64,000 nt of DNA from Dendrobates tinctorius (lineage: Eukaryota): NCBI RefSeq assembly GCF_039654945.1, contig NW_027362003.1, positions 1-64,000 on the forward strand, given 5' to 3'. Below the pieces are notes generated by a model. That model was not told where the DNA came from. It searched no databases and saw only the letters and a program-made list of their open reading frames with translations. The translations under genes and the position numbers were made by a program. Shown here piece by piece: positions 1 to 12,900 of the stretch (its first letter is position 1; each line of letters opens with the position of its first letter).

Positions 1-227
1 CCCCCGATCATGTGACGGGGGTCGGCGATGACATCATTTCCGGCCCGGCGGCCGGAAATGCTATTTAAATGCCCGCTGTCAGCTTTGACAGCGGGATTTA
101 ACTAGTTAATAGGCGCGGGCGGACGGCGATTCCGCTCGCGCCTATTGCGGGCACATGTCAGCTGTTCATGACAGCTGACATGTCCCGGCTTTGATGCGGA
201 CTGTGTCCGTCATTAGACATTAAGGGG
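1..227. mobile_element. Terminal fragment of a non-autonomous piggyBac-like (TTAA) DNA element
   Basis: Ends in AAGGGG|TTAA (TTAA at 228-231), the same terminus as the element at 57760-62920; GC-rich internal palindromes. Confidence 0.55.
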
Positions 228-231
228 TTAA

Positions 232-1048
232 AGGAAATCTGTCACCTATCAGCTGCCGACACTGACATCAGGGGCTTATCTACAGTATTCTGTAATGCTG
301 TAGCTAAGCCCCCAGTGTAACCTGAAAGATAAGAAAAAAGAGTTAGATTATACTCACCGGGGGGCGGTCCGGTCTTGGTCCGATGGGCTTTGTGGTCTGG
401 CGCCTCCCTTCTAACAGTGACTTCTTTGCTGCCTGTTGTGGCTCCTGCGCAGGCGCACTGCTCTGCCTTGTTGAGGGCAGAGCAGAATACTGCAGTGCGC
501 AGGCGCCGGACCTATCCTGGTGCCTGCGCACTGCAGGACTCTGCTCTCAACAGGGCAGAGCAGTGCACCTGTGCAGGAGCCACGACAGGCAGCAAAGAAG
601 AGGACGTCACCGTTAGAAGATGGGAGGTGCCGGACTGGACGGCGACACCCATCGGACCGGACCCAACGCCGGGGTGAGTATAATCTAACTCTTTTTTTTT
701 TCTTTCAGGTTACATCGGGAGTTCTTTTTCTGGTAATCCATGGTTTATGTAGAGTATTTCGTTGTTTAACCATGCTGTTTTCATTGATCCTGAATCCCAG
801 CTGTGTTTTCATCTGCCCTCAACAGAGCAGAAAATTACGCCTGTGTAGGAGCCGCGACAGAAGCAAGGATGAGGACGTCATCACTAGAAGATGGGAGGCA
901 CCAGAGCCGCGACACCCATCGGACCCGGCCGCACCAGGTTTTCAGGTTACATCGGGGGCTTATCTACAGCATTACAGAATGCTGTAGATAAGCCCCTGAT
1001 GGCGATTGCCGCATCTCATAGGGAAAAAAAATAGGTGACAGATTCCCT
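232..1048. mobile_element. T2/Kolobok-type MITE
   Basis: TIRs AGGAAATCTGTCACC ... GGTGACAGATTCCCT, flanked by TTAA and TTAG; a palindromic subterminal block (ggggcttatctacag...ctgtagataagcccc) occurs near both ends. Confidence 0.75.
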
Positions 1049-3336
1049 TTAGTTTACTGAGGTAATCTGGAGAAATTCAGCCCATGCTTCCAGAATCCCC
1101 TCCCACAGGTTGGCTTGGCTTGATGTGCACTTTTTGCGTACTATACGGTCAAGCTGCTCCCACAACAGCTCAATGAGGTTGAGATCTGGTGACTGCGCTG
1201 GCCACTCCATTACAAATAGAATACCAGCTGCCTGCTTCTTCCCTAAATAGTTCATGCATAATTTGGAGGTGTGCTTTGGGTTATTGTACTGTTGTAGGAT
1301 GAAATTGGCTCCAATCAAGCGCTGTCCGCAGGGTATGGCGTTGCAAAATGGAGTGTTAGATGTTGGGTTCCTGTCGCTGCACAGCAGGAATCCCGAGCTT
1401 TGCCTTCGGCGGTCTCCCATTCCTCTCCGACCACAGTGGAGCCTGCTCAGCAGACTCGTCGATCCCAGCGCTCTGCTCACACGAGCATTGTAGGTTTGGT
1501 TGCTGCTGCCACCTCTGGCTCAGCTATAGCAACGCATGCTGGTCAGCAGCGATCTACTCCAGGGACCAAGTCCTCCTGTCAGTCCACTGAGCATGCCCGT
1601 GGGACGATCTCTCATTGGAGATCGGAAGTCACATGCTCAGGTCCTTCTCCAGCTCGGATTGGACCATCAGGAAGGTCCCGGAAGGACGCTGCTATAAAAG
1701 GTTCGCATGGCCGCTCGGCCATGTGCTAAGATAGACTTTTGTTGAGACTTGTGTGAGTGATGATGGATGCATGTAACTGGTGACTGACTCATTAACCCCT
1801 TCCTTTGATACGTATGTGTTAGGGTTAGTTCAGCCTGAGTCAGCGCCTCATGGTGGCAAAGCATGTGCCACAGTGCTCCAGTCTAGCACAAAGGTTAGCG
1901 CCATAGTGCCGCCATATCTCCCATGCCTCTGGGTGGTAGGAGTCTATCCGCTGCACTCTGTGACAGCTAACAGGGCACAGCACTTTCCTAGCGTCACTCT
2001 CTAGCACCGCTGCAGCGGCTCTGAGCACAAGTGGTTCTAGAAGGACTCTGACTCCATGCCTCTGGGCAGAGTTCTGTGACCACATCGCTTGCGCTCACAT
2101 TATATTAGTGCGACCTTGTGAAGTAACAGGGTTCGCCTCGCACACTCCGGGTGAGGTAACCCGAGCGTGCTATTATCTGCCATTGTCTAGCAGCAGTTTC
2201 CATCGTTGCACGGTGAACCCCAGGCTGCGAACGCACCTCATTAACATCTATATTACTTGGTGCGTTCCGCCAGCCTAAAATGGAGTGATAACCTTCCGTA
2301 TTCAAAATCCCTTTTACCTTGTACAAATCTCCTACTTTACCAGCAGCAAGGCAACCCCAGACCATCACATTACCTCCACCATGCTTGACAGATGGCGTTG
2401 GGCACTCTTCCATCATCTTTTCAGTTTTTCTGCGTCTCACAAATATTCTTCTGTGTGATCCAAACACCTCAAACTTGGATTCGTCTGTCCATAACACTTT
2501 TTGCAATCTTCCTCTGTCCAATGTCTGTGTTCTTTTGCCCATATTAATCTTTCCCTTTTATTTGCCAGTCTCAGATATGGCTTTTTCTTTGCCACTCTGC
2601 CCTGAAGGCCAGCATCCCGGAGTCGCCTCTTCACTGTAGACGTTGACACTGGCGTTGTGTGTACTATTTAATGAAGCTGCCAGTTGAGGACCTGTGAGGC
2701 GTCGATTTCTCAAACTACAGACTCTAATGTACTTGACGTGTTGCTCAGTTGTGCAGCGCGGCCTCCCACTTGTCTTTCTACTCTGGATAGAGCCTGTTTG
2801 TGCTCTCCTCCGAAGGGAGTAGTACACACCGTTGTAGGAAATCTTCAGTTTCTTGGCAATTTCCCGCATGGAATAGCCTTCATTTTTAAGAACAAGAATA
2901 GACTGTCGAGTTTCACATGAAAGTTCTTTTTTTCTGGCCATTTTGAAAGTTTAATGGAACCAATAAATGTAATGCTCCAGATTCTCAACTAGCTCAAAAG
3001 AAGGTCAGGTTTATAGCTTCTCTAATCAGCCAAACTGTTTTCAGCTGTGCTAACATACCCTTGTGCAAGTATTCTAACCATCCATTAGCCTTCTTACACA
3101 GCAAACACAAAGTACCATAAGAACACTGGAGTGATGGTTGTTGGAAAAGGGCCTCTATACACCTATGAAGACATTGCATTACAAACCAGATGTTTGCAGC
3201 TAGAATAGTCATTTACCACATTAACAATGTATAGAGTGTATTTCTGTATAATTTAATGTTAGCTTAATTGGCAAAAACAGCTTTTCTTTCAAAATAAGGG
3301 AATTTATAAGTGACCCTAAACTTTTGAACGGCAGTG
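1049..3336 (-). mobile_element. Degenerate Tc1-like transposon, 3'-truncated and interrupted by a solo LTR
   Basis: Frameshifted transposase pieces (MARKKELSCETRQ..., VLWTDESKFE, KHGGGNVMVWG, WPAQSPDLNLIE); TIR cactgccgttcaaaagtttagggtcac with its outer end at 3336. Confidence 0.9.
1354..2280 (+). mobile_element. Solo LTR (~927 bp) inserted in the Tc1 transposase
   Basis: TGTTAG...CTAAAA termini (CA end apparently mutated); 5-bp TSD TGGAG at 1349-1353 and 2281-2285; removal rejoins the Tc1 sequence; TATAAAA at about 1694. Confidence 0.8.
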
Positions 3337-3348
3337 TGTATGTATGTA

Positions 3349-3422
<74 letters not shown>
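3337..3422. repeat. (TG)/(TA)n microsatellite
   Basis: Directly visible. Confidence 0.95.
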
Positions 3423-3425
<3 letters not shown>

Positions 3426-4643
3426 TCACTGGCCACTTTATTAGGTACACCATGCTAGTAACGGGTTGGACCCCCTTTTGCCTTCAGAACTGCCTCAATT
3501 CTTCGTGGCAGAGATTCAACAAGGTGCTGGAAGCATTCCTCAGAGATTTTGGACCATATTGACATGATGGCATCACACAGTTGGCGCAGATTTGTCGGCT
3601 GCACATCCCTGATGCGAATCTCCCGTTCCACCACATCCCAAAGATGCTCTATTGGATTGAGATCTGGTGACTGAGGAGGCCATTTGAGTACAGTGAACTC
3701 ATTGTCATGTTCAAGAAACCAATCTGAGATGATTCGAGCTTTATGACATGGCGCATTATCCTGCTGAAAGTAGCCATCAGATGTTGGGTACATTGTGGTC
3801 ATAAAGGGATGGACATGGTCAGCAACAATACTCAGGTAGGCTGTGGCGTTGCAACGATGCTCAATTGGTACCAAGGGGCCCAAAGAGTGCCAAGAAAAAA
3901 TTCCCCACACCATGACACCACCACCACCAGCCTGAACCGTTGATACAAGGCTGGATGGATCCATGCTTTCATGTTGTTTACGCCAAATTCTGACCCTACC
4001 ATCCGAATGTCGCAGCAGAAATCGAGACTCATCAGACCAGGCAACGTTTTTCCAATCTTCTACTGTCCAATTTCGATGAGCTTGTGCAAATTGTAGCCTC
4101 AGTTTCCTGTTCTTAGCTGAGAGGAGTGGTACCCAGTGTGGTCTTCTGCTGCTGTAGCCCATCTGCCTCAAAGTTCGACGCACTGTGCGTTCAGAGATGC
4201 TCTTCTGCCTACCTTGGTTGTAACGGGTGGCAATTTGAGTCACTGTTGCCTTTCTATCAGCTCGAACCAGTATGCCCATTCTCCTCTGACCTCTGGCATC
4301 AACAAGGCATTTCCGGCCACAGAACTGCCGCTCACTGGATTTTTTTTCTTTTTCGGACCATTCTCTGTAAACCCTAGAGATGGTTGTGCGTGAAAATCCC
4401 AGTAGATCAGCAGTTTCTGAAATACTCAGACCAGCCCTTCTGGCACCAACAATCATGCCACGTTCAAAGGCACTCAAATCACCTTTCTTCCCCATACTGA
4501 TGCTCGGTTTGAACTGCAGGAGATTGTCTTGACCATGTCTACATGCCTAAATGCACTGAGTTGCCGCCATGTGATTGGCTGATTAGAAATTAAGTCTTAA
4601 CACACAGTTGGACAGGTGTACCTAATAAAGTGGCCAGTGAGTG
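3423..4643 (-). mobile_element. Complete Tc1/mariner DD36E (Incomer-type) transposon, 1221 bp
   Basis: Perfect 29-bp TIRs cactcactggccactttattaggtacacc, TA on both sides, one intact transposase ORF. Confidence 0.95.
3455..4495 (-). CDS. Intact Tc1-family transposase (346 aa, DD36E)
   Basis: N-terminal HTH region, [16 protein letters not shown]...[11 protein letters not shown]; 36 residues counted between the second D and E. Confidence 0.95.
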   Translation of the reverse strand: MGKKGDLSAFERGMIVGARRAGLSISETADLLGFSRTTISRVYREWSEKEKKSSERQFCGRKCLVDARGQRRMGILVRADRKATVTQIATRYNQGRQKSISERTVRRTLRQMGYSSRRPHWVPLLSAKNRKLRLQFAQAHRNWTVEDWKNVAWSDESRFLLRHSDGRVRIWRKQHESMDPSSLVSTVQAGGGGVMVWGIFSWHSLGPLVPIEHRCNATAYLSIVADHVHPFMTTMYPTSDGYFQQDNAPCHKARIISDWFLEHDNEFTVLKWPPQSPDLNPIEHLWDVVEREIRIRDVQPTNLRQLCDAIMSIWSKISEECFQHLVESLPRRIEAVLKAKGGPTRY

Positions 4644-4659
4644 TATATATACATACACA

Positions 4660-7600
4660 CAGCTGTGGCAAAAATTAAGAGACAACTGCACAGTTTTATA
4701 AAAATCAGCTTCTCTACATGTCTCACAGTCATTCCATTCCAGTGTCACTTGAATTCCAACCAGACTACACCTCATTCTACTCAATGTGCTTCTGATTAGG
4801 TGATCACCTGAACCAAATCTTATTTAACAAAGGAAAGTATAAAAACCCTGCTGCGGTGTTCACAATCCTTTTGCAATAGGACAAGCTGGATGGCAAAACA
4901 AGTGCTAGTAATATCCCAAAATTAATAGGAATGAAAAAATAACTTTTAATCATGCCGAAGGAGTTGAAAAGACAAGTCTTGAGTGAGGAAAAGAAGAGCT
5001 CAATTCTGGCTTTACTAGCAGAGGGATTTATTCCCTGACTCACCTCCTGGGGAAGGGGGTTGGGTGTTTAGCTCAGGGCTAAACAGGAGATAGGGACAGG
5101 TTGGGGACTTGGGCCTCCCTACCATCAAGTGTATCCCCAAGTTAAGGAGAGCCAGGGCACCCCCTTTAGCCTGAGGGGCAGTTCAGGGGCCCTGGTTCCA
5201 CGTCTCCTGTTTCCCCGCAACTGCCCCATGACATTATTACCAGCACCCATTTTTTTTCTGGTGAGCCATGGCCCTAATGCAGACCTATCTCCAATTGCTG
5301 CAGACCCTCACTGAGGAGCGTGGGGTGCTGCACGGTGTGGTGGAGCAGCAGCTGCAGCAGTTCGTGGGGTTCGGGGCCTCAGCTCAGGTTCAGGCTCAAC
5401 CAGAACCCAAGTTATCTCTCCCAGACAGGTTATCTGGAGGGAGAGATAATTTTTTGTTTTTTTCAGGAGGCCTGCAAGCTACACTTCAGGCTCCGCCCTC
5501 GTTCATTAGGGAGTGAGGAACAGCGGGTGGGATTCATCATATCTCTCCTTAAAGTTGTTCCCCTATCCTGAGCCTTCTCCCTGCCGGCCGATTCATCATC
5601 TCTACGGTCGGTGGATGAGTTTTTTGCGGCTTTGGCGAATTTGCCCCCTGTAGTCCTTGCTAGGGAGGAGGACTCAATGGTGCAGTCGGACGAGCCCAGG
5701 CAGGTGGGAGGAGTTTGTTCCCCAATGGTGCTGCCTGCGGTTTGTCATGGTTTGTGGGCATGTTTTAGCTGTGAGCAGACTGGTCATTTTATCATGGTCT
5801 GCTCAGCTTGCGCCAAACTTCCGTACCACCTAAGAAGCCGCGTCCCCCTGGTCGTGTGGAGGGAGGCGACCAGGGAGTGTATATTTCCTCCATTTTGCCC
5901 ACTCTGTGTACTTTGTCAGCAGAAGTGGTGGTTGGCAGGGTACCTGAGGGCATACCGGTGTTTGTGGACAGTGGAGCTGGAGTCAATCTGCTGGATGCTC
6001 ACTTTGTCCAGACCCATGGCCTGAGGTGTAGGACGCTGGCCAAACCCCTTAGCGTCCAGACCATTGACTCTGTCCCACTGAGCCAGGGGAGGTTGACCCA
6101 AGTCATGGAAAAAATACATTTGCGTATAGGGACATATCATGTAGAGTCCCTGTCATGCTACGTCTTGGGGGTGAATTCCATCAACCATCGTTTTAGGCCT
6201 CCCTTGGTTGAAAAAACACAACCCAATCATAGATTGGCAGTCTAGGGAAGTAGTCAGCTGGGATCAGTCGTGTGATGGTTGCTGCCTGGGGGCTACTGTC
6301 TCTGCCATCTTTCTACAACCGTCCCCTTCTTCTCCAGTGGGGGCAGCAGAGGTGCTGCCAGGGAGTAGGGGCAAGTCTCTACCCTCACCACATGCTAACC
6401 CTGGGTGTCTGAGTCCTCTTAGGAGGAGGCGTCAGAGGAGTCAGTCATCTGTGTCAGAGTCCGGATGCTCTGATATAAACGTTTTTCCTTTCAGGCCATC
6501 GGGAGTTAATATTAGTTTTTCCCTCCAGTGACAGCTGGTGTTACTACAACTGTAGTTGGTCGGCTGCTGGGTTATCCTCACCCCGGTGGCTGCTGGTGTT
6601 ACTACATGTTTAGTTAGTCAGCAGGTGGTGACTACTCCCACTTCCCTTTATAAGGCCACCTGGTGCTGCAATTCACTGTTGGTAATACTGGTCATTTGCT
6701 AACCAACCTTGGTGAAGACTGGGACCTGCCTGGTGCAGAGGGGGTTCAGCTTATCTGGAGCAGTGGTGATGCTGCTGGATGCTGATCGGGTGCCTTACTC
6801 TGCTGGTGGGAGCATTGGCAGCAGATAAAGCTAAGCTTTGGTTTTTAGTTGCTTTAACCCCGTGGTGTCTGTTTTATATTTCCTTTCGTGTTATTGGTGC
6901 GGTGCAGTTCACTTCCCTGTCTTACTTCCTGGGGAGGGGGTTGGGTGTTTAGCTCAGGGCTAAACAGGGGACTTGGGACTCCCTACCATCATGTGTACCC
7001 CCAAGTTAAGGAGAGTCAGGGCACCCCCTTTAGCCTGAGGGGCAGTTCAGGCAGGGGACCTGGTTCCACGTCTCCTGTTTCCCCGCAACTGCCCCGTGAC
7101 AAGGATTGGACCATAGAGGACTGGAGTAAGGTAATCTTCTCTGATGAGTCTAATTTTCAGCTTTGCCCAACACCTGGTCGTGTAATGGTTTAGATGGAGA
7201 CCTGGAGAGGCGTACAAGCCACAGTGTCTTGCACCCACTGTGAAATTTGGTGGAGGATCAGTGATGATCTGGGGATGCTTCAGCAAGGCTGGAATTGGGC
7301 AGGTTTTTCTTTGTGAAGGACGGATTAATCAAGCCGCATACAAGGTTATCCTGGAAACACAGTTGATTCCTTCTGCTCAGGCAATGTTTTCCGACTCTGA
7401 GGACTGTTTTTTTCCAGCAGGGCAATGCGCCATGCCACACAGCAAGGTCAATCAATGTGTGGATGAAGGACCACCACATCAAATCCCTGACATGGCCAGC
7501 CCAGTCTCCAGACCTGAACCCCATTGAAAACCTCTGGAATGTAATCACGAGGAAGATGGATAGTCACAAGCCATCAAACAAAGAACAACTGCTTAAATTT

Positions 7601-7990
7601 TTGTACCAGGAGTGGCAAAAGGTCACCCAAAAGCAGCGTGAAAGACTGGAGGAAAGCAGCCCAGACACATGAAAGCTGTGATTAAAAATCATGGTTATTC
7701 CACAAAATATTGATTTCTGAACTCTTCCTGAGTTTAAACAGTTGTTTCTAAATGAACTTGTTTTCTTAGCATTATTTGAGGTCTTCAAGCACTGCATTTT
7801 TTGTTATTTTGAGCATTTCTCATTTTCAGAAAATAAATACAAAATTTAGTGCTTGGAAATTCGAAGCTATGTTGTCAGTAGTTTATAGAATAAAAGAGCA
7901 ATTTACATTTTACTCAAAAATATACCTATAAAGGGAAAAATCCAACAAACTGAAAATTTTGCTGTAGTCTCTTAAATTTTGCCAGAGCTG
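4660..7990 (+). mobile_element. Degenerate Tc1-like transposon interrupted by a Gypsy remnant
   Basis: TIRs cagctgtggcaaaaattaagagac / gtctcttaaatttttgccagagctg; transposase start at about 4952 and frameshifted C-terminal pieces ([33 protein letters not shown]) at 7102-7700. Confidence 0.88.
5027..7101 (+). mobile_element. Internally deleted Gypsy (Tf1/sushi-like) LTR retrotransposon
   Basis: Partial 5' LTR ending TGACA at 5233, repeated at the end of the 3' LTR (about 6452-7101); gag remnant (EPKLSLPDR, CFSCEQTGH) and protease (FVDSGA). Confidence 0.85.
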
Positions 7991-8040
7991 TATTAGGGCA
8001 GTAAAAAATTGCTGAGTTAGTAAAGTGACATGGTAAAGTT

Positions 8041-8850
8041 TTAAAAAAAAATGTCATCCACAGTGGAGGCCTTCTCAATATCCAACACGTGCTCCCTCAC
8101 TCTAAATTTAAGTTCCCTTGTGGTCAGCCCGACATATACTTTCCCACACAGGCATTCAGCGTGATATATCACCCCCTTGGAACTACATGTGAGGTGTTTC
8201 CGAATATCGTAAAGACGTGATCCATCAAAATTTTTGCATTTCTTGGATTTGTTCAGAGTCAAACAAGCCTTACATAGGCCACATGGGAAGAACCCTGGGC
8301 CTAGGGACCTACTGCTGGAGACTCTTGGGGGATTGTAGTGACTATGCACCAAAAGATCTTTAAAATTGGCCGAACGTCGAGCTACACACTGGGGGGAAGG
8401 AGGTAAAGCCCTTTTCAAAATGGGGTCCGTAAGGAGGACATTCCAATGTTTATTGATTAATTTTTCTATGTTATGCCACTAACTATTAAAGGTGGAGATA
8501 AATCTTACCTGTTTGTTGTTCTCTTTATCTGCAATTTGGTAACTATATAGCAGTTCATTCCTAGATGTTGCAACCGCTCTTTTGTACCCCCTCCTGATCA
8601 TCCTTCGACTGTAGCCCCTATACTCAAATCTCCTGGTCAGTTCTGCTCACTGTTTCTCAAACCTTATTGAATCCGAACAAAATCTCTTAGCATGTAAAAA
8701 CCGACCTATAGGGATACTACGGATGATGCTTGCTGGGTGGGCAGAGCCTGCTTGTAAACACGAGTTTGTGGCTGTCGGCTTCCTGTATACATCTGTATGG
8801 ATCATCCCATCATTGGAAGCTTCAATCCAGATGTCAAGGAACTGCAGGGG
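8041..8850 (-). mobile_element. Penelope-like element fragment (RT C-terminus and GIY-YIG endonuclease)
   Basis: GFFPCGLCKAC...TCSSKGVIYHAECLCGKVYVGLTTRELKFRVREH. Confidence 0.85.
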
Positions 8851-8982
8851 CGTGTTTTACTGAATAAAAGTAAGGCTGTACCTTTGTTTTTAATATCCAG
8901 AGCGGTTTATGTCATTTTAATAAACTCGCTTGGATATTTCCACAATACTGCTTCCTATGCCTACCTCAACAGCAGCCTACAG

Positions 8983-9970
8983 CCTAACGTCTTCCACAAA
9001 TCTCTACTGAAACCTTTTGAAGCAGTCCGGGGAGACTCCGAGTCTGCTGCTTCTCCTGTTTTGGTCGAGGGGCAGGTGGAGTACGAGGTTGGTCATATCG
9101 TAGATTCCAGGTTGGTACGGCGGTCGGTACAGTACCTGGTTCATTGGAAGGGGGTATGGACCGAAAAACAGGTCCTGGGTACCGGCCCGGTTGATGCATG
9201 CTGATTGCCTGGTGCGGGCTTTCCACGCTAAGTACCCGGGCAAGCCTGGGGGTACAGAGGTCCCCCCGTTGAGAGGGGGGTACTGTCATGATCTCAGTGC
9301 GGGTTTGACTCGCACACGTGGGGTTAATGTCTGGAACCAGTGCTGATGACTGGCATTTCTGGGGTTAAAGGTTGTGATCCCTGTGCAGGCTTACCTGCAC
9401 ACCTGGGGCTATGATTGTGGCCTCTCCCTGGTTTTAGGAGAGGCTTCTTATAGCCTCAGGACGCTCCCATCCCTGTCAGTTATACTCTTGCCCTTGGCAT
9501 AGTGTGGTGACCCCCGAGAGTGTTAGTGCTGTGTTCTGGTTGCTTGATAATCTGTGTATGACTCGGTCTGTTCTCTGGATATTGCTTTGGATTCTGCTTG
9601 GTACCTTCTATGTCTGTTTGGTTTTGACTGCTGCTTGGCCCTGACTATCCACTCTGTCTCATCCTTGGTACGTTACGGCTATCTCTGTGTGTGAACCCCG
9701 TTTTGCCTGACTCTGAGTAATTCTGTATAGTGTCTTTCCATCTCGCTAAGCAGGACGCTAAGCCCCGCCCCCTTGCAGTCACATGACCGTAGGTCCCGTG
9801 TCTGCTTGCTAAACTTCAGCATCCACAGGTCCTGTGCATCGGTACTTTCTGGCTGTACCTGACCCCGGTACCCCTACAGTGCGGGTGAGTCCCTGCTCAG
9901 CGGAGGCTGCACGCCGGCGCTGACAGGATCCTGACACTCAGTGAGCAAGTACAGTGCGGTGTTCCTGACA
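8983..9970 (+). mobile_element. 3' end of a chromoviral Gypsy element: integrase tail/chromodomain, PPT and LTR (9284-9970)
   Basis: VFHKSLLKP...[25 protein letters not shown]; PPT GAGAGGGGGGTAC followed by TGTCA...TGACA. Confidence 0.88.
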
Positions 9971-10676
9971 GGTATGTTTTTTGGTGCATCGGGAAAAATG
10001 GCATGAAACTCTGACAACATTGTTTAAAGCTGTGAACTAGGTATCAGGAATGCTTCCAGGAGCGATCCCCATGATGTCCCTGTGTCATTTGAGCAGTGTT
10101 TCCATCATTTTCTGACGTTTTTAGATGTTAAAAGGACCCAAGGGGGGATTGCGGTAAAAATGCTCGGGTCACCCATAGACATTACATTGGGCTCGTTGTT
10201 CTGTCCGAGTACCCGAGTATTCCAATTTGCTCGAATCGACCAATGAGCACCCGAGCATATTGATTATCAGATTTCAACCAAAGTGCAGTGTACACAGAAG
10301 TCTGTCAAACAGTGGTTTAGGCAGAGCTCAGCATTCAGATAACTGTTAGAGCTCCATCAGATGAGACAGTGATTTTATCAAAATAACAGCAAGAAATCCA
10401 GTGAGTGGCATATTGCTTGAATAAGGGTCTCTGCCCCTGCATTATGCTGCTTTCAGATGGGGTAGAAAAAAACTGGCAACAGATTTCCTTTAAAAAGGGG
10501 TTGTCCAGTAGTGGAAACAATCTTTAAAGCTATAGCCTTATTTGAAACTGCAAGGTAGCTAGAGCCCTCGTAAAGTAAAAACACTCGTCCATATATACTG
10601 TATATTTATTTTAGTTTTATTTTTGTGAGGGATATTGTGTACCTGATTATTTTTTTACCAATATTCAATCTATATT

Positions 10677-11312
10677 TGTCATGATCCCAGTGCAGGTTTT
10701 TGAGCGGCACGTCAGGGGTTAGTATCTGGAGCTCAGTGCAGGTTTTGACCTGCACACCTGAGGTTAATGATTGTGGCCTCTCTTTGGTTCTGGGAGAGCT
10801 TCTTAAACCCCTGGGAAGCTCCAATCCCTGCCAGTTATACTTTTGCCTTTGGCCGAGTGTGGTGACCTCTGTGTGCCTGTTCGTTGTTATAGCTTGTTTA
10901 TATGGTTCTGACCCGGTTCTGTTCCCCGTTGTGAGTTTGCCTGTTGATTCTGTACTGCGCTACCCTCTCTGTGTATGACTCATTGCCTGTGATCTGACTA
11001 CGCTCTGCTCTCCCCTCTTGTACCTTGCAGCTATTTCTGTGTATGACTCATTGGCTACGTCCTGACTATCCTCTCTGTCTATGCCCCTTGGTAACTTTGT
11101 CTCGCAGTTACCCTGCTAGGAGTTCTCTTGCAGCTCCTAGCTCTCTGGAGCTTAGGCCACGCCCCTAGTAGTCACGTGCTTCAGGTCCTGCTGTTCTGAA
11201 GTACGCATCTACTCGGCTGCTGCCCGCTCCACAGGTATGTTTGAGCACAGTTCGCTTTACTCAGGACTCGCGCACTGGCTCAGTGAGCAAGTTCAGTGCG
11301 GTGTTCCTGACA
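10677..11312 (+). mobile_element. Solo LTR related to the 9284-9970 LTR
   Basis: TGTCATGATC...GTGTTCCTGACA; 5-bp TSD ATATT on both sides. Confidence 0.88.
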
Positions 11313-11829
11313 ATATTCATGTTTAAATGTAAAATTCTTAATTTGTAAAACTATCATTTTGAAAAGGTGTGGGGGAGAAGCTGCCCGAGAGAATTTGTTT
11401 GCTTAGTGTACAAGTCTGATTACCCAAATAAGTCACCTTAAGTGTAAATTATATATCAACTCCCAAAATTTCTCTTCTCATAGCGATATAAGATTTCTCA
11501 GTCTTTTGCATAGTGTAAGATTTTTATCCCTTTGAGAAAGAGTTTTAATCATTCAAAAGGGGATAATCAGAATAAGTCCTGACAATACTCAGACGTTTTG
11601 TTGGTGATTCTTTTTTCTGCTGTTTTCCTTGAGAAGATCTTCTCTGTCTTTAAGAAAGTCTGATGCTTGTTCTGCTGCTGAAAATGTTTGTGTTCTTCCT
11701 CCAGGTAAAAACACTTTAAGATTCGCCGAGAATTGTAATGAGAAGCGGGTTCTCTTCTATACTAGCTCAGTGCATATTCCACTAAAGACGCGTCTTTCTT
11801 TGTTACTTCCACCGAGTAGTCACTGAAAA

Positions 11830-12115
11830 TTAACGCTCTACGTCCATCGAGCACCAGGGGTGGAGATGATTTTCTGTACCGTTGTAAGATGTCCACTTTG
11901 TCTGGCTCAGGTATTTCGCAGTACCAGGCCCGGGCTTATAAGCAGGGGATTCTTGTGGAGGTGGTGGTGGTGGGCCGACTCTGTGAGCGCATTTCACCTT
12001 CAATGGTGTATTAAGGCCCAGAGCGTTTGGTAGGTCTAGTGTGCATATACTTGTAAGCTGGCTACAGGTCATAGATTCTGGTAAACCCATAATCACAAGA
12101 TTGCTTCTGTTCTCC
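11830..12115 (-). mobile_element. Degraded L1 ORF1 fragment
   Basis: NLVIMGLPES...KCAHRVGPP resembles L1 ORF1 RRM motifs. Confidence 0.55.
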
Positions 12116-12429
12116 AGAACATCATATGCAGCAAGATCACATCTTTAATATGCATTTAATTCATTTATTTGCTGATATAAATTTATTCAGATGAAAGTAA
12201 AATTCTCTCTCAAATTGGCACCGGCCGCGCCTGCGCAGTAGCATCTATTGGATCACCAATCTTGGAGGAGACAATTTTTTTTTCTCTAACAAACCGCCGG
12301 CGCCTGCCTGCTGAATGTGATTTTTTTTTCAAAACATATAGTCAGTGTGTAAAATAGGGGGCAGATCACTGAGGGTATGAAAAGCTAAGAAGAGCACCAC
12401 ATGAAGCCTCCCCACAGGCCCGCCCCGGA

Positions 12430-12900
12430 GTGGAAAGAGATGAAAACATTCTCCACAAGAATTGGCCTGTACTAAAAACAGACCCAATTCTGGCAGCACA
12501 ATTACCAAAAAATCCCCTTATAACGGCCAGGAGGGGTAGGAGTCTGAAGGACATGTTACTGAGGAGCCACTATACTGCCAAGGTGTCCAATCCCTTCACC
12601 TCTTCTGAAAGTAAACCGAGACGGGCTGTTACCCCTTTGGTGACTGTCGGGCCTGTGAAAATATCATCAGGAGTACAGAATTTATGTCCTCTGATGGGTC
12701 GTTATCTTGACATTTTAAGGTTTTTCATGGATGTGATACGAAAACTCTAACGGTAAGGGGGATTGATTGTGTTAATGGGGGAATTAGGGGTTGTGATTTA
12801 AAACAGATATTGGCACAATTAGAATGCCAATGGATCAGTCATTTGGAATCCATGGCCCCCCAAATGCTTAACTGAAAAATGAAGCTTTCTCCCATTTCTT
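12430..12900 (+). mobile_element. Degraded Penelope-like fragment
   Basis: ILHKNWPVLKTDPIL...ITARRGRSLKDMLLRSHY, homologous to the other PLE linkers in this window. Confidence 0.7.
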
